64,000 nucleotides of DNA from Picochlorum sp. SENEW3 (GCA_034226945.1 CP120458.1:372001-436000), one strand, 5' to 3'; positions 25,333 to 40,355 are shown, counted from the stretch's first letter. Made by a program: numbers and translations. The notes: generated by a model from the sequence alone, not told the origin.

Positions 25333-27827
25333 ATGCAGATGCGAAGGATGCCACGCATATCAAGATTTGTCCTTTATTTCTTCCTCTCATGTTTTGGATC
25401 GGACTTGGTGGACGGTACGGTATCTTCTGCTCCGAACGAATGGCTGGCTCTCAGAGAAACTTCGTTAAAGACACTGTCTCATTCTGCAGCGCGTCGGCTC
25501 GGATCCAACCGGTTAAAAATAGAAGAACATTCTAGGTCTTTGAAGCAAGAAGGCTTGTTTCCTCCCGGAGTTGCAGGCATTGTCGTTAACAGTGAAAGTG
25601 AGCTTGCGGAGGCCTTCAGAAACAAGGAGAGGTTCATCAAGCTACGTTCTCATATAATTCTCTCAGGCGACTACGCTGGCGATAAAGCACTGCTTCCTTC
25701 GATCAAAGCCTCCGTAACAATCGAAGCTGATTGTCCCACGCCCTATGATGGAAAATGTATGATAAATGCCCAAGGGTTGGGGCAAATTTTCTTTGCAGAT
25801 AACTCAGCATTTCTTGCAGGTGTTGAGATGTCATTCAACAATATCATTTTTATGAATGGATATGCTTCGAGTTCCCAAGGTGGTGCCCTTGGAAATCAAG
25901 GAGCCATGTCCCTAACTTTCACAAACTGTGACTTTGTGGAGAACTCAGCAGGTGCTGGTGGAGCTCTCTCTTTTGTCGAGGGAGCTTTCCCCGTATTGCA
26001 AGGATGTAAACTAGTTAAAAATGCTGCTGCCACTGATGGATCCGGGTCTGGAACAGGTGGCGCAATTATCATGACAGGTGCTGGGGCATTCTCAAACTGT
26101 AGATTTGAGGGCAACACAGCCCAGAATGGAGGCGCTGTTGGCATTGGTGGCTCTGCTAAATCTATCTTTTTCGATAATTGTGATTTTGTGGTAGGTCAAA
26201 TGTTTCGTTGTTGAGCAAAATATCTGTGGAGAGTGACACACTGTGCTTTTGGTATTTGCATGCAGGACAACGATGCAGAAATTTTTGGCAATGACATCTA
26301 CATGGAAAGTTGGGTTGCGACAGTCGCGTATTTTAATCCTTTCCCCCCACAGGCAGATGTTTACACAAATCCATTAAATATTCAGCCGCTATCTCTAATG
26401 CCGCCGATGTTCTATCCAGATGCCGTGGTCTCTCCACCTCCAGCTCCACCAAATCCACCTAGTCCACCTCCTCCAGCTCCACCAGCCCCTCCAAACAGAA
26501 AAGACTGGATTTATACAGAAGATCAATTATGGGATGCTTTGAACAACGGTAATACAACGATTACCTTGGGGGCACATATCCAATTTGCTCAGCAGGGCAG
26601 ATGGGCTTTCACGCCCCCTCCTCCAATCTTATCCGAGGTCAGGGTCTATTCCATGTGCGAGGGCTATGGGTCCACATGCATTATAGACATGGCTGGTTCT
26701 CGCTTCCCGCTATTTGATGTAAGGACTGGAGGGATCATTGAAGTGTATAACGTTAGAATGATGAATGCAGCAACTACAGGAGACGGTGGAGTGGTTCAGC
26801 TTAGTGCACCGCAAAGGGCAATTTTTGATTCATGTGCTTTTGTGGGGAATTATGCATCTAATGGTGGGGCAATTAATATAAAGGGCTCCCAGAATTCAAT
26901 CATGTTCAGGAATTGTGAATTCAATTTGAATTGGGCTGATTCAAAAGGTGGGGCAGTGTACCTTGTAGGGTCAGCAGTACACTTTGATGGATCCTCATTC
27001 TACCTCAATCAGGCCAACAGTGGAGGAGCTATTGCAATGGGCCCTGGGTCGACTGCATATATCTTAAATGCGAATTTCACGAATAACAAAGCAGCAAAGT
27101 GGGGCCAGGATGTTTTCCTGACCACACCAGTGGGATCAAAAATTTATCTCAACCAATGGCCTCCAGAGAAGGTAATGCAAGTCTTCCCTCGTCAATCTGT
27201 GATTGAATGGTATTATGCGCCACCACCCATGCCACCTTCGCCGCCCTCACCTCCACCCAATTTCAAGAGGGCACCATATCCGCCTCCTGGGCCCCTGCCC
27301 CCTGCCAGGCAAAAGAATCCACCACCAAGGTAAGATCAAACACACAAATGATACTTCAACGTGCTGTATAAGTCTTCAATAATCTTTATGCTTTGTGCAG
27401 TCCGCCCAACCCTCCCCCTTTCCCGCCCCCAGCACCTCCTTCTCCTCCAATGGACAACTTGGTTAAAGGGCCTCCCATCATGTGGGGTGCGATCTATACA
27501 ACTGGTATGCTAGTCATCCTCATGGTTTTTCTCATCTACGCAGCAATAAACCATAAAAAATATTTCCCTCGCGTGAGAAACCCAGAGGAGTTGCGTGCAA
27601 GACTTGCAGGAGAATATGAGGCATCGTCAGATGAAGACATCTCTGTTGCTGGTTATTCTGACATCAGTGATATTGACGAAGATTTGGCGCTTGCTGAAAT
27701 ATATCATGAACAGAAAAGGGAAGAAGAAATTCTCGGTTCCGTAGCACATGAGGAGGCCCTGGAAGCTCCATTAGAGGCAAATATTGATGCATTGAAGCAA
27801 TACAGAAAGCATGAAAAGACAATGTAA
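25333..27827 (+). CDS. Type I membrane protein with two right-handed beta-helix (pectin lyase-like/Pmp-repeat) blocks and Pro-rich extensin-like linkers
   Basis: Signal-like N-terminus, repeated GGA[I/L/V] and FxxN motifs, SPPPP-rich segments, TM WGAIYTTGMLVILMVFLIYAAI and an acidic tail. Introns 26191-26265 and 27330-27400. Confidence 0.8.
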
Positions 27828-28115
27828 ATCATTCCCTCCCATCCTTCGAAGTCAATCCTCCAACCTGCTTAAAGTGATGAATTGATCTATGAAGCAAGAA
27901 TCTTGAAATGAGGCACGCATTGTGACATGTTCTAGCATGCTGGGCATGTGCAGATGACAGGGTCATTTGACATTCTCGTTGACCAGAAAATCCCATCAGT
28001 TGACGCGCACATGGCCTTCTACTCGGGTAACATCAGCTCACCATCAACAAAGAAACTGTTATTATAAAATAATTTGCCTCAATAAGAGGGATAGATTAAA
28101 TTACTATCCGGGAAT

Positions 28116-28605
28116 ATGCGACAAGCGGACGGGGAAGATTGCCAGACTTCCCGTGGGAGCCTTTTTGAGTCTCGCCCCGATATAGAAGCGATAGACAAGC
28201 TTCTGAGAGAGCAAGAATCCATAGAAGAAAGGAAAAGGGAGGAGAACTCGAAGAAATGCATCCTCGATCAGGAGGTACGCCACTGCGTGAATGGTTTCTC
28301 GTTGGCAACCAATTCTCGCTGACAAAATTTGCAAATGCATGCAGGCGACTCTATTAAGTGAGCTACTGCACCAAGCATTAAAGAGAGTACAGGAGCTTGA
28401 CTCGGAGATTGGTACAACAATGTCTCAAATCTTCGAACGGCAGAAGTATAACACAGCAGTGGAGACTTTGTTTGATGAAGAAGCAGACAAGGGAAGGAAG
28501 ATGAGTGAAACTCTCAGATCGATGGAGATACATGAGGCCGAACAAGTGCGCCTCATTGATGCGATTACTGATCATCTGGATAGTAGAGGGATTTCAATTA
28601 CGTGA
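28116..28605 (+). CDS. Hypothetical short coiled-coil protein, 2 or more exons
   Basis: Charged heptad-like ORFs 28116..28322 and 28291..28605 can be joined by a GTACGC...TGCAG intron. No family recognised. Confidence 0.45.
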
Positions 28606-28693
28606 TTCTTTGAGTTGCTTTTGATAGAATCACATGTGGAATAATGTTTAGGATGTATCAGGGGATACTGAATTCAAACTCATGGGAGATGTT

Positions 28694-30253
28694 TTACTCG
28701 CTATCGGAATCAAATGTAACCTTTGTAGCTTTTTGAGTGAAATCAACTTCTCTAAAATGTGCACCATATACTTTACTTTCCTTCTTTTTGACGGTGGTTC
28801 CGAATGCCAGAAGTTCCTCTGGGACTTTTTGATTGGCCTCTGATAGGACATTTATTAGTTCTCCTGCTCGTGGCTTGTCTCTTGCCCCTACAAACATCGT
28901 GTGAGATATTCCAGATTTTCCAGCCCTCCCAGTTCTTCCAATTCTGTGAACATAATCCTCTATTGTCAAAGGAAAAGAATAGTTGATGACAACCTCAACA
29001 TTGGGAATATCCAGGCCACGTGCTGCCACATCAGTGGCCACAAGGAGAGGTATTTCTCCTGATTTAAACGACGAGACTGCTGCTGTCCTCTGCGCCTGGG
29101 ATATGTCCCCATGGACTGCTGCAGTATTCCAACCTCTTCTTTGTAGCAGAGACTCCACCCGAACAGCCTCTTTCTTATATAACACAAAGACCAACACTCT
29201 ATTTTTTCTCGATGCATGATATTTTTTCAACAAATCATCTAGCAGACGGTCCCGAACTCCATGTTCAACGACCTGAACTATTTGTTTCACAGTATGGCTG
29301 GCTGACAATTCTTCTGACCCCACAGTCACTCTTGCTGGATCACACAAAAATTCAGATGCCAATTTTTGAATCGATGACGGCCATGTTGCTGAGAACATCA
29401 GAGTTTGGCGGTCTGCCCTGATGTTTTCACAAATACTACGTATGTGAGGCTCAAACCCTAAATCTAACATTCTGTCAGCCTCATCAAGGACCAAGTATGA
29501 TACCTCACTCAAGGAACAAGTTCCATCGCCAATCATATCCTCTAGACGACCAGGTGTAGCTACAACAATACTTACACCAGATTTCATGATTTTCGCTTGA
29601 TCCCTTTTGGGCACACCGCCAAACAAACAAGCGCATCTGATGCCAACTTTTTGTCCTGCATCCTCAAGTACAGAACCTATTTGCTGAGCAAGCTCTCTTG
29701 TCGGAGCAAGGACAAGAGCCACTGGGCTGCGACCATTGACGAGACCAGCGTCTATTTGAGCTTTAATATGTTTGATTGCTGGCAAGCCGAAGGCTAGAGT
29801 CTTACCACTTCCAGTGGCTGCAATCCCCACCAGGTCTCTCCCAGATAAAGCAATCGGAAGGCATTGTGATTGGATCGGCGAGGGCGTAGAAAAGTTTCTC
29901 ACCGAATATAGTTCATCATCTGATAGATTGGAGTGCGCAAACTTGGCAATCGGCTTTATGTCACAATTCTTGACTGCGATTCTTCTGGTCTCTCTGAATT
30001 CACTCACCTCTGGATTCGCTAAATTCCTCACTTCCTCTGATTCAGTATACAGATCTTTAATTATTGGTTTACTTTCAGCCGCTAACTGCCTGTCTCCGAC
30101 AAGGGCCAGCATCTTCTCACCACCTGCATGCTTGACCTTGGCCGCAAGGGGTTGTGGGGTTTCAACCTTTGATCTCTTCTCTTTTTTCTCCTTCTTCTCC
30201 TTGGATGATTTTTTTGATTTTCTCTTCTTCTTCTTTTCAGGATCCTGACCCAT
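28694..30253 (-). CDS. DEAD-box RNA helicase (DBP3/RH5-like)
   Basis: Lys-rich N-terminus, ATGSGKT, PTRELA, TPGR, DEAD, SAT, ARGLD, HRIGRTGR, and C-terminal YGAHF. Confidence 0.95.
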   Translation of the reverse strand: MGQDPEKKKKRKSKKSSKEKKEKKEKRSKVETPQPLAAKVKHAGGEKMLALVGDRQLAAESKPIIKDLYTESEEVRNLANPEVSEFRETRRIAVKNCDIKPIAKFAHSNLSDDELYSVRNFSTPSPIQSQCLPIALSGRDLVGIAATGSGKTLAFGLPAIKHIKAQIDAGLVNGRSPVALVLAPTRELAQQIGSVLEDAGQKVGIRCACLFGGVPKRDQAKIMKSGVSIVVATPGRLEDMIGDGTCSLSEVSYLVLDEADRMLDLGFEPHIRSICENIRADRQTLMFSATWPSSIQKLASEFLCDPARVTVGSEELSASHTVKQIVQVVEHGVRDRLLDDLLKKYHASRKNRVLVFVLYKKEAVRVESLLQRRGWNTAAVHGDISQAQRTAAVSSFKSGEIPLLVATDVAARGLDIPNVEVVINYSFPLTIEDYVHRIGRTGRAGKSGISHTMFVGARDKPRAGELINVLSEANQKVPEELLAFGTTVKKKESKVYGAHFREVDFTQKATKVTFDSDSE

Positions 30254-30865
30254 GTTGTTCCAATTGTCTTTGCACGAGATTCTTGCTGTGGCCAAAGTGC
30301 AAACGAGTTCAGCGCTTTGAAGCTGTCTACAGGATATAGGGGCACGACATGAATTGAAGCGTATATGTGTCTAACGATCAAACAATTGGCGGGGTCGATG
30401 GGATGGAAAGCAGAATATTGAAACTCATGCATGCGTTGTTCAGAACTCACATTGAAGGGATTCAAACGATTTCCACTACAGGCTATAATGGAAGAATGTT
30501 TCACTAAATTAAATTTGATTTGATGCAGTGCTTCGAGTGACTACACGAGTGTGCGTCAAAGGTACATTGGCAGTTTGCTTAATTAGCCACTTTTTGTACT
30601 GCACACCTGTGTGTACTGATGATAGGGATATCCCAGGTCTGGACTGGGTTACAAGTTGATGCATTCCGGCAGAGATGTGATTCCTATGCAATCATTTGGA
30701 GAGCATTTGGTGTCTCTCAATCACTGGGTCAGTAGACAGGTTTCACAATCCCACCTCCGTGACACCAATATTCAACATCCAATTCAAAATCTATATGTAC
30801 TTACAATGTACTCAACGAGAAAAGATGATGTACACTTGGATATTAGAAAGCATGTGTGGTTGCAT

Positions 30866-32211
30866 CTATGAGATATCTGCCGTTCCTGAGGTGAATCCTG
30901 GGTGTTCATATCTGTATCGACCATCAGGGGCGATTCCAAAGCCCTTTGGATCGGTGAAGACGTTCTCCAAAAGTTGGCTCATATCAGGCTTTGGAGATTC
31001 GTCAGCAAACTCCACAGCAGCATCAACTTCGGCAAGCACCTCTTTCTCAATCTCCTTGATCTCCTCTTCGGTGGCAATGCCATTCTTCAACAAGTAATCT
31101 TTCATACGTGGAATAGGATCTCGCTTTTGATAATGCTCCTTTTCTTCCTTGGATCGCAATTCATCAGGGTCAGCAAGAGAATGGCCTCTGAAACGATATG
31201 TCTCGCACTCAATCAGAGTTGGTCCTTCACCTCGGCGAGCTCTTGCAATCGCTTCCATAGCTACTTCTCTCACTTTTAATACATCCATTCCATCCACATG
31301 TACACCTGGCATGCCAAATGCATTTCCCTTCTTATAAATATGCGGTTCCGAGTCACCATAGGAACTGCCAGTTGCACGTGAATGGCTCATACCAATAGCC
31401 CACTTGTTATTCTCCACGACGAAGATGCATGGAAGCTTGTACAATGAGGCCATATTCAAAGACTCATAAAATTGTCCCACATTACAGGTTCCATCTCCAA
31501 AGAAGTTAACAGCCACGCTGTCGCAATCCTCCTCTCCAAGAACTCTTCTTCTGTAGGCACAGGAAAAGGCCGCTCCCAGTCCAACAGGGATACCCTCCCC
31601 GATGAAAGCATATCCTCCTAGAAGACCATGCTCCTTGTCAAACATATGCATGGAACCACCCTGCCCACGGCATACTCCAGTCTTCTTTCCAAACAACTCT
31701 GCCATGACCTTCCTGGCAGATACACCTTTTGACAAGGCATGCACGTGATCACGGTACGTAGAAGACACATAGTCATCTTTTCGCAGACAAGCCTTGATCA
31801 CCCCTGCAGGAAGCGATGTTCGTCACAATGTTCTTTCAGTCATGAACCCAAACCTAAAAGAATAAACGTACCAGTTGAAACAGCCTCCTGTCCCGAGTAC
31901 AGATGTACAAAACCAAACATTTTCCCTCTGTAATACATCTGTGCACACATCTCCTCGAATTCCCTTCCAAGAACCATGTCTCTGTAGAGTTCCTTGGCAT
32001 CTTCTGCGCTGATCTTCTGCTGTCCTTGGGACTTCTGCGGAGCAGCCGTTGCGTGGACTCTTGTGGTTGCTCTGACAGCCACATTTCTCTTTCTACTGCA
32101 AAATCTGTTGGCCGTAGTCGCAATCGTGAACTGGGATGGAACAGCCAGAACTGACACTTGTTGGCGCACCGAAGTGCTAGCACTCCTGGAAGTCACTGTG
32201 ATTGGCCGCAT
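30866..32211 (-). CDS. pdhA: Plastid pyruvate dehydrogenase E1 alpha, 2 exons
   Basis: Transit peptide, [30 protein letters not shown], ThDP motif GDGT...[14 protein letters not shown]. Intron about 31804-31871. Confidence 0.96.
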
Positions 32212-32456
32212 TTGTGATGTGCGCTGACTTTTATTCCACTTCGATCGAAATGTGTTGAAAATTTTCTTGTTTACCTTGCTCCTTCACGAGTGAGCAAGCA
32301 ATCGCAGGCACATCAGTGAGCGAACCTCGACAGTGTGTAGTGTCCTCGATCAACTCAGTCTTTTGAAGGGCACTGTATCTGGAGTCCAGAGCGTTCGGGG
32401 CGCATGTCATTCCGAATAAGCAATGCCGGTGATGGGAACATGACTCATGCCGTGAC

Positions 32457-33647
32457 ATGCTCATTCGGAGGCAGAATCATGCGTCTATACATGCCGCTGT
32501 CGCTGATTTCAGTAGGTGGAGGGATTATAATTCTTTTGTACTGATGGGGATGGAGAAGACAACGGCTTTAGTGACTGGAGGGACAAGTGGGATTGGATAT
32601 GCCTGTGCTCTTCAACTGGCTAGTAGGGATATACGAGTCATACTGGGTGCGAGAGATAAAGAGAGGGGAGAAAACGCAGTCAGAAAGATCAAAAAAGAGG
32701 TACATGGGGCAGATGTGCACCTTGGGCCAGTGCTGGACCTCTCCAAGCAGGATTCCATCAGGAACTTTGTGAAAAAGTACAAGTGGCCTCTCCATGTTCT
32801 CGTGAACAATGCTGGCGTGAATAGATCAGATGATCAGCAGTACCAAGGCATTGTTCCTCATATTGTTCAGGTAAATTTTCTCGGTCCATTCTTGTTGACG
32901 AGGTTACTGGAGAGGAAGATGATGAAGCATGCGGGGAGAGCTCGTGTTCAATCCAGAGTAGTGAATGTTTCCTCCGTGATGCATAGGTTGACTAAATATC
33001 AGGGAGCAAAGCATTTCTTACAAGGGTCCAATCCAGCGTCACTGTACGCAGATAGTAAATTTGCTAATGTTCTGTTCACCTCAGAACTTGACTCCAGGTG
33101 GGGCCCACTTGGGATACGATCAGTTGCAGTAGATCCAGGATCAGTGGTTACGGGAATTTGGAAAGGTAGCAGATGGGAACGCGGACCATGGTCTTGGATA
33201 TTAAATAGTCTATTTGCTCCAGCTAGTGACGGGGCAGCATCTGTGGTTCACGCAGCCACAGTTGATCAGAATGACAGCCCATTTCACAAAGGCCTACCAT
33301 GGAAAATGCGAGATCGGCAATCACGCAGCAGAAATAGTAGCACATCTGTCATTCATCACCGTGAAAATAGCCCTAGTTTCAGATATTATGCAAGAGGTGC
33401 ATTTTCCTGGCCGACATTGACACACATGCCAAGCACAGCAACAATCAGTGATCATGGAATCATTGCAAAGATGATGGCTTTCAATGCACTCATACACGCA
33501 GCTATCGATTGGCCGCTTCGCCGACTTTTATTCAATAGAGTGGGTTGCAAAACCATCCCAGTGCAGGCAAACAAAGCAGCTTATGATGCAGAGCAAGCAG
33601 AGCAGTTGTGGAACATGTCAACCAAGTTGGTAGGACTGAAACAATGA
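32457..33647 (+). CDS. Short-chain dehydrogenase/reductase (retinol dehydrogenase-like)
   Basis: TGGTSGIG, NNAG, NFLGPFLLT, VNVSS, catalytic YADSK. The start may be ATG 32544. Confidence 0.9.
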   Translation: MLIRRQNHASIHAAVADFSRWRDYNSFVLMGMEKTTALVTGGTSGIGYACALQLASRDIRVILGARDKERGENAVRKIKKEVHGADVHLGPVLDLSKQDSIRNFVKKYKWPLHVLVNNAGVNRSDDQQYQGIVPHIVQVNFLGPFLLTRLLERKMMKHAGRARVQSRVVNVSSVMHRLTKYQGAKHFLQGSNPASLYADSKFANVLFTSELDSRWGPLGIRSVAVDPGSVVTGIWKGSRWERGPWSWILNSLFAPASDGAASVVHAATVDQNDSPFHKGLPWKMRDRQSRSRNSSTSVIHHRENSPSFRYYARGAFSWPTLTHMPSTATISDHGIIAKMMAFNALIHAAIDWPLRRLLFNRVGCKTIPVQANKAAYDAEQAEQLWNMSTKLVGLKQ

Positions 33648-33665
33648 TTTTGCCTTCACCATCTA

Positions 33666-34275
33666 CTACGACTGTCTATTCAAGCATTTGCATACCATCG
33701 CGAGCAATGAAGGATTCTCTAGCGCCGCCGCGACCCGTTCTTTGTCATTCAGCTGCCTGTTTACTGCAACCTCAGTTGCATGGCTCCCTGGAGAGAGGGT
33801 CACATCCAATTTAAACCTTTCGGGTAAGCTTTTAGACAGTTTTACTCTAATGCATAGACCAATTAACGTTGCCATGGAACAATGCTCAACAGTTGGAGTG
33901 AATTGTACTCGAACTGTCCCAAAGTTGTCGTCAACTTGTATGTCTTTATCTGACACAACGTTCAACTGCTCCAACGAGTAAGGATGTTCTGGATCTACTA
34001 TATCTCTTATATGCTGAATAAAAACAAAGAGTAAAAGTGAGATAGGTTAAGTTCGGTGTAAGGTATTCGTCAAACAAAAGAACTCACTTCGTAAATTTCC
34101 TGAGAGTCAATCAACTCTCGAACGTCCTCCCGAACATCCTGGGTTCCACTCTCCTGCTTACCAATTAAATGGTTGATTATCTTCCAGAATTCAAATAACA
34201 ATGTCAGGAATGACGCACTCTCGTCGTAGTTTTCTTCTCATGGATGACTGGACTTGGATTGATGAGCTGGTTCAT
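33666..34275 (-). CDS. AE7: Cytosolic Fe-S assembly factor CIA2/FAM96B/AE7, 3 exons
   Basis: [15 protein letters not shown], then [50 protein letters not shown]. Confidence 0.93.
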
Positions 34276-34489
34276 TACAATTGTATATATTCCTTGATTT
34301 TCACATTTCCATTCATAATAAATTCTTTTATGAGACCGAAGCAGCTGCACCAAGGTTTCATCGAGCCGAAAAAGCGTGATTCTGAAGCACCAGTATGCAT
34401 GTGCAATGCACACTGTGCAGAAACCCTCACCCTTGCAAGGGATCGCGATCCTTTCTGAAGGTATGGCAATGTGTTTTGAAATTGGTCAA

Positions 34490-36062
34490 TCATGAGAAAT
34501 GACTTAGAGCATCCTTGAAACTAACCCGCCACATGAAAGCCCTGCTCAAAACTAGTTCAATCTCCCTTTCAGTCCAACCTTCTGTTGGACAATGTTGGAG
34601 GAACATGATGATTCCCTGGAAATCCTTTTCCCTAAGTTCAGGAGCCCAACTGAGAAGAAATGAGGAAAGGACGTATATCAGAAAATCTTTGAGCGCTGGG
34701 CCTTCTGACAAATATGTATCCCAAATTCTAATACCAAGGTTGAATGGGAGTTCTCTAAGCAGCAAACAGTTTACCCACCTAAATGCAAACTGCATGTAAT
34801 GTACTCCCTCTAAAGAAAAATGCTTTGCTATGGATCCCTCTACCCTGGAGACGAGCTCCTCCACATGGAATAACGTCCTCTGAATACCAGGCTGAGCATA
34901 TGTATAATGATCTTGGATACCATCAAGTAGCTTGCAAAGGCACCAGTACGAATCCGCTTCAATATCTAATATTTCGCCATCAGAGAGTATGTTTACATTC
35001 ACATTGTCTATGCTGCTGCTGCAATGCCTCTCAGATGTAAAGACTGCCAGAAATGGAGTTGCCAAATCATTTATTCCCTGGACATAACCACTTGCAGGAT
35101 GTCGGATACCCCAAATGAGTAAAATGCGCTCCAATGACTTTTGTATTCTACTTTGATGAAAAAATGGTACATTAGGCGCTGTCCTTGGAACATCAACCAC
35201 AACTTGTCGGAATGCATTCTCTTCATCACTTGCTTGTGAGATACCTGATACATCTGAAATATTTGAGATGGCCGCAATGCTATCATAGTAATCTGGCACA
35301 AAGTTCTTGTATTCCTTTCGTTTCCTAATGAGAACCTGCTCTCGCAAGTCCCTATTAGGGGGAACATATCCCAAAAGCAAACGCCAGCACACAGGTCTGA
35401 ATTCTGGTGGTATACCACTCCATGATAGCTCGCGGAGTTGCTCAATGTCAACAATCTTCTCGTCCAATAGTTTCGCAAACTTCTCCGTTCTTGGCGCACT
35501 CATACTTCTATACGCAGATACTGAGACGTCTTCTGACTGCCTTTCCAAGCTTGCAGAAATCATATCAGCCTTCGATGTGGTTGCACTCCGTGCTGTATTG
35601 GGGAGTGGTACCTCAAGCATTGCGTCAGAAGAGTCTCTTCGAAGTTTCTACGTCAAAATACTGATGTCACGTGAAGCATCCTCGTGGGATCGGTCAAACC
35701 AAAGCAACATGCGCAGACATCGGGACCTTGAAATCGGGTATTTGAGTACTCACCTGCATATCTGACTCATATTTTACATCTATATGAGATCTATCACTGT
35801 ACTCGTCATTTCCAGAGGCATTCTGACCTGAATTGAGAGTCTCCCCAACTGCCCGAGACGAGTGTATTCTCCCCGGAAATCCCCTCAATTCGAAATTGCT
35901 GCATCAAGATGGATACGTATTTCCTGATACAATCCTTAATTTGGCTGCTTTCGTCAAATGGAAGCCTCCCGGCAACCTGAACAAGCCCAGAACTACGTAC
36001 CTTTGCCCTCCAAGGCTTTCGGGAGTAGAATCGCCCGGTTGTTGCGAATTAAGCCCTTGCAT
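34490..36062 (-). CDS. TBC-domain Rab GTPase-activating protein (GYP1/TBC1D22-like)
   Basis: LSWSGIP, VDVPRT (Arg finger), GYVQGINDL (Gln finger), FAFRWVNCLLLRE. The 5' exons are provisional. Confidence 0.92.
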
Positions 36063-36383
36063 ACAAATTATATCTGTATGTAAAAGTGCATCCTGGCGCA
36101 CCAGGTTTGTAGCCTTGCCTAGATGAGCTCCCCAATGGAGGCTCTCATTGGTCTGGAGAATTCAATGGAGGGACTCACAGGCATGCTTTTTCCTTTTGGA
36201 ACATAGGGATCAACGCTTTGAGAAAGAGTGAAAGGAGATCATGTTTCTTCTCATATGCCTCATTCATTCCTGTAGTTAAGCTACGCCGGAGACCAAAAAG
36301 TCAACCTTGATTCTACACAAATCTCAGTGGGAGAGAGCGACCTCTCCTCTCACAGATTTTCAAACGAGGATCTCTATTGAGAC

Positions 36384-38270
36384 ATGGGGGAGAATCGAAT
36401 GCCGCTGGGAAGTGTTCCTCCAGATCCAAAACAAAGACAAAGGAGCTCCGCGCAAAATGGTGTATTCCATCCAGAACAACTGCAAGGCAACAAAGTCAGG
36501 GCCGGGTTTGAATCAGACTCTGATGTCGATAGCACCTTTGGGAAGGGCTATGGAATGTCTTGCACATTCCTGGACGAATCACTGAATCAAAATATGAATT
36601 ATGTTCCCTCAGCAAGTTTTGGTGGAGGGGAAAGTGGAGAACTAGGGACCAGATCAGCTGCTACCAGCTGTGTAGTGCCCCCTTCTTCTACATCAGCACT
36701 GAGCTGGAGAGTCATGAACACGCACGACTCTCACATCCTTGAATCTGATACAGCAAAACATGATCATCATGAAATTTCAGGTTATCTGCTCGGTTTAAAA
36801 AGGAAGGCGAAGAGAAATGTTTCAACACGAACTGAACGTGGGAAAGGTAGGCTGAGATGTGGTTATGCAAACACGGGACTGAATATGCCTTGGTCAGCAC
36901 CTTCGATGATGGAGGGCTACGACTACGATGCTGCAAGTAATGTGTCTACGTTTGATGTAATTGCTCGGATTCGACCTTTGAATGATCTTGAAATCTCATC
37001 AGGAGCTGAAGCATGCATGGATATTGTCCGGCAAGAGCAAGATGGGGACCTCCTCAGAGTTTTTCGCACATCTTCCAGGGAAAGACAAACTCCAGAAAAA
37101 GATATCAGCTTATTGGTGCAAAGTAACTTCTCTTTCAGATCTTGCATCGCTCCTGATGAGGGTCAGGACGTGATGTTTGACAAGTGTGGACTACCAAAAT
37201 TGATTGATGATGCTCTGGATGGAATCAACGTCACCATCTTCGCGGTACGTCTCTCCCACAAGATATTAAATAAGTTGTATGACTCATTATGCTATAACGA
37301 AACGTTTCAATATACAGTACGGGCAAACTGGATCGGGAAAAACATTTACAATTCATGGTAGCCAGCCCAGGGATAATGCAGGTCTCAGCACAAAGGGTTC
37401 TGATTGCAATGGTATTATTCCCAACTCACTTAGATACTTATTCAAAAAGATACATGAAGCAAACGGCACGGCTATATCCTGCGGAGCTTCTTACTCAGAA
37501 ATTTATAATGAGGCTATCTATGACCTGCTCATCACAATTGGAAACAGCCCCTTGCGGTTAAAATGGGCAGCGGGAGAAGGCTTTTGTGTACCGGATTTAC
37601 ATATACAGCCTTGCAACACGCTGGAAGACGCTGAAGCTGTTGTATTTCTTGGCAATCGCCGCAGGCGCCAGCGTGCCCATCTTTTGAATACATCATCCAG
37701 CAGAAGTCACACCATACTCACATTATATATACATCGCTCTACGCAAGGGTCTGAAACATATAAATCAGGTAAAATCAATTTTGTTGATCTCGCTGGAAGC
37801 GAGAAATTGAAAGAATCCTGCTCTGAGGGTTTGACTGCAACAAAGGAGACTACACATATCAACAAGTCTCTTTTCCTTCTCGGAAAAGTCATTTGCGCAC
37901 TAGCTTCTGGACAGTCCAAGAATCTAATACCTTATCGAGAATCGAAATTGACAAAAATGCTCTTTGGCTCCATGGTCAGTCCATCCAAATGCCTCATGAT
38001 AGCATGCTGCTCTCCAAGGTGTGTGTCTCAAAAGCCTTCTGTAACCACCTGTTTCCCTTCTCCTACAGCTATAAGATGCTATGCAGTGACAGCCATGTAG
38101 ACGAAAGCATTAAAACATTGCAATATGCAGCAAAAGCTAGAAATATTGCCTCTGTACCAATTGTACATTCCAATCCAGGCGAGACAACTATTGCTGCCTT
38201 GGAGCGAGAAATCAAAATCCTCAGAACAGAGATCAGTCTACTCAAAGCCAGAGGTCCAAGGAATATGTAG
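36384..38270 (+). CDS. Kinesin motor protein (KIF12/kinesin-16-like) with short tail, 3 exons
   Basis: ARIRPLN, TIFA|YGQTGSGKT, EIYNE, NTSSSRSH, FVDLAGSE, IPYRESKLT, TLQYAAKARNI. Confidence 0.9.
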
Positions 38271-38647
38271 AGACCACATCTTGTTGAAGTTTGAGGAAAA
38301 TCTATCTATCAATGTATATATCTGCATCGATCAGTCAGGCAATCTGTGAAAAAGCATTGAGTACATCTGCCAAGAATGAATTCATACTCATGATGCTTGA
38401 AGGCCTCCTAGGAGGGGTCGACTCAACCAGGCTGGTGCCCTAGGGAAGATGGCACTCTCCATCAAACAACCCCTTCCATGGGTGATGGCTCTCTATTTCA
38501 GCCAATGCCCCAAAGATACTTGCCATGCAGTGGGGTTCCGCTGTGTCAGCAATGAAATATATCAACAGTTACATCAAAACATATATTCATACAAAACCTT
38601 TGATCAGAAAACCATCTCGTGTATTTGCAGCCAGTAACAAGACAAGC

Positions 38648-40355
<1,708 letters not shown>

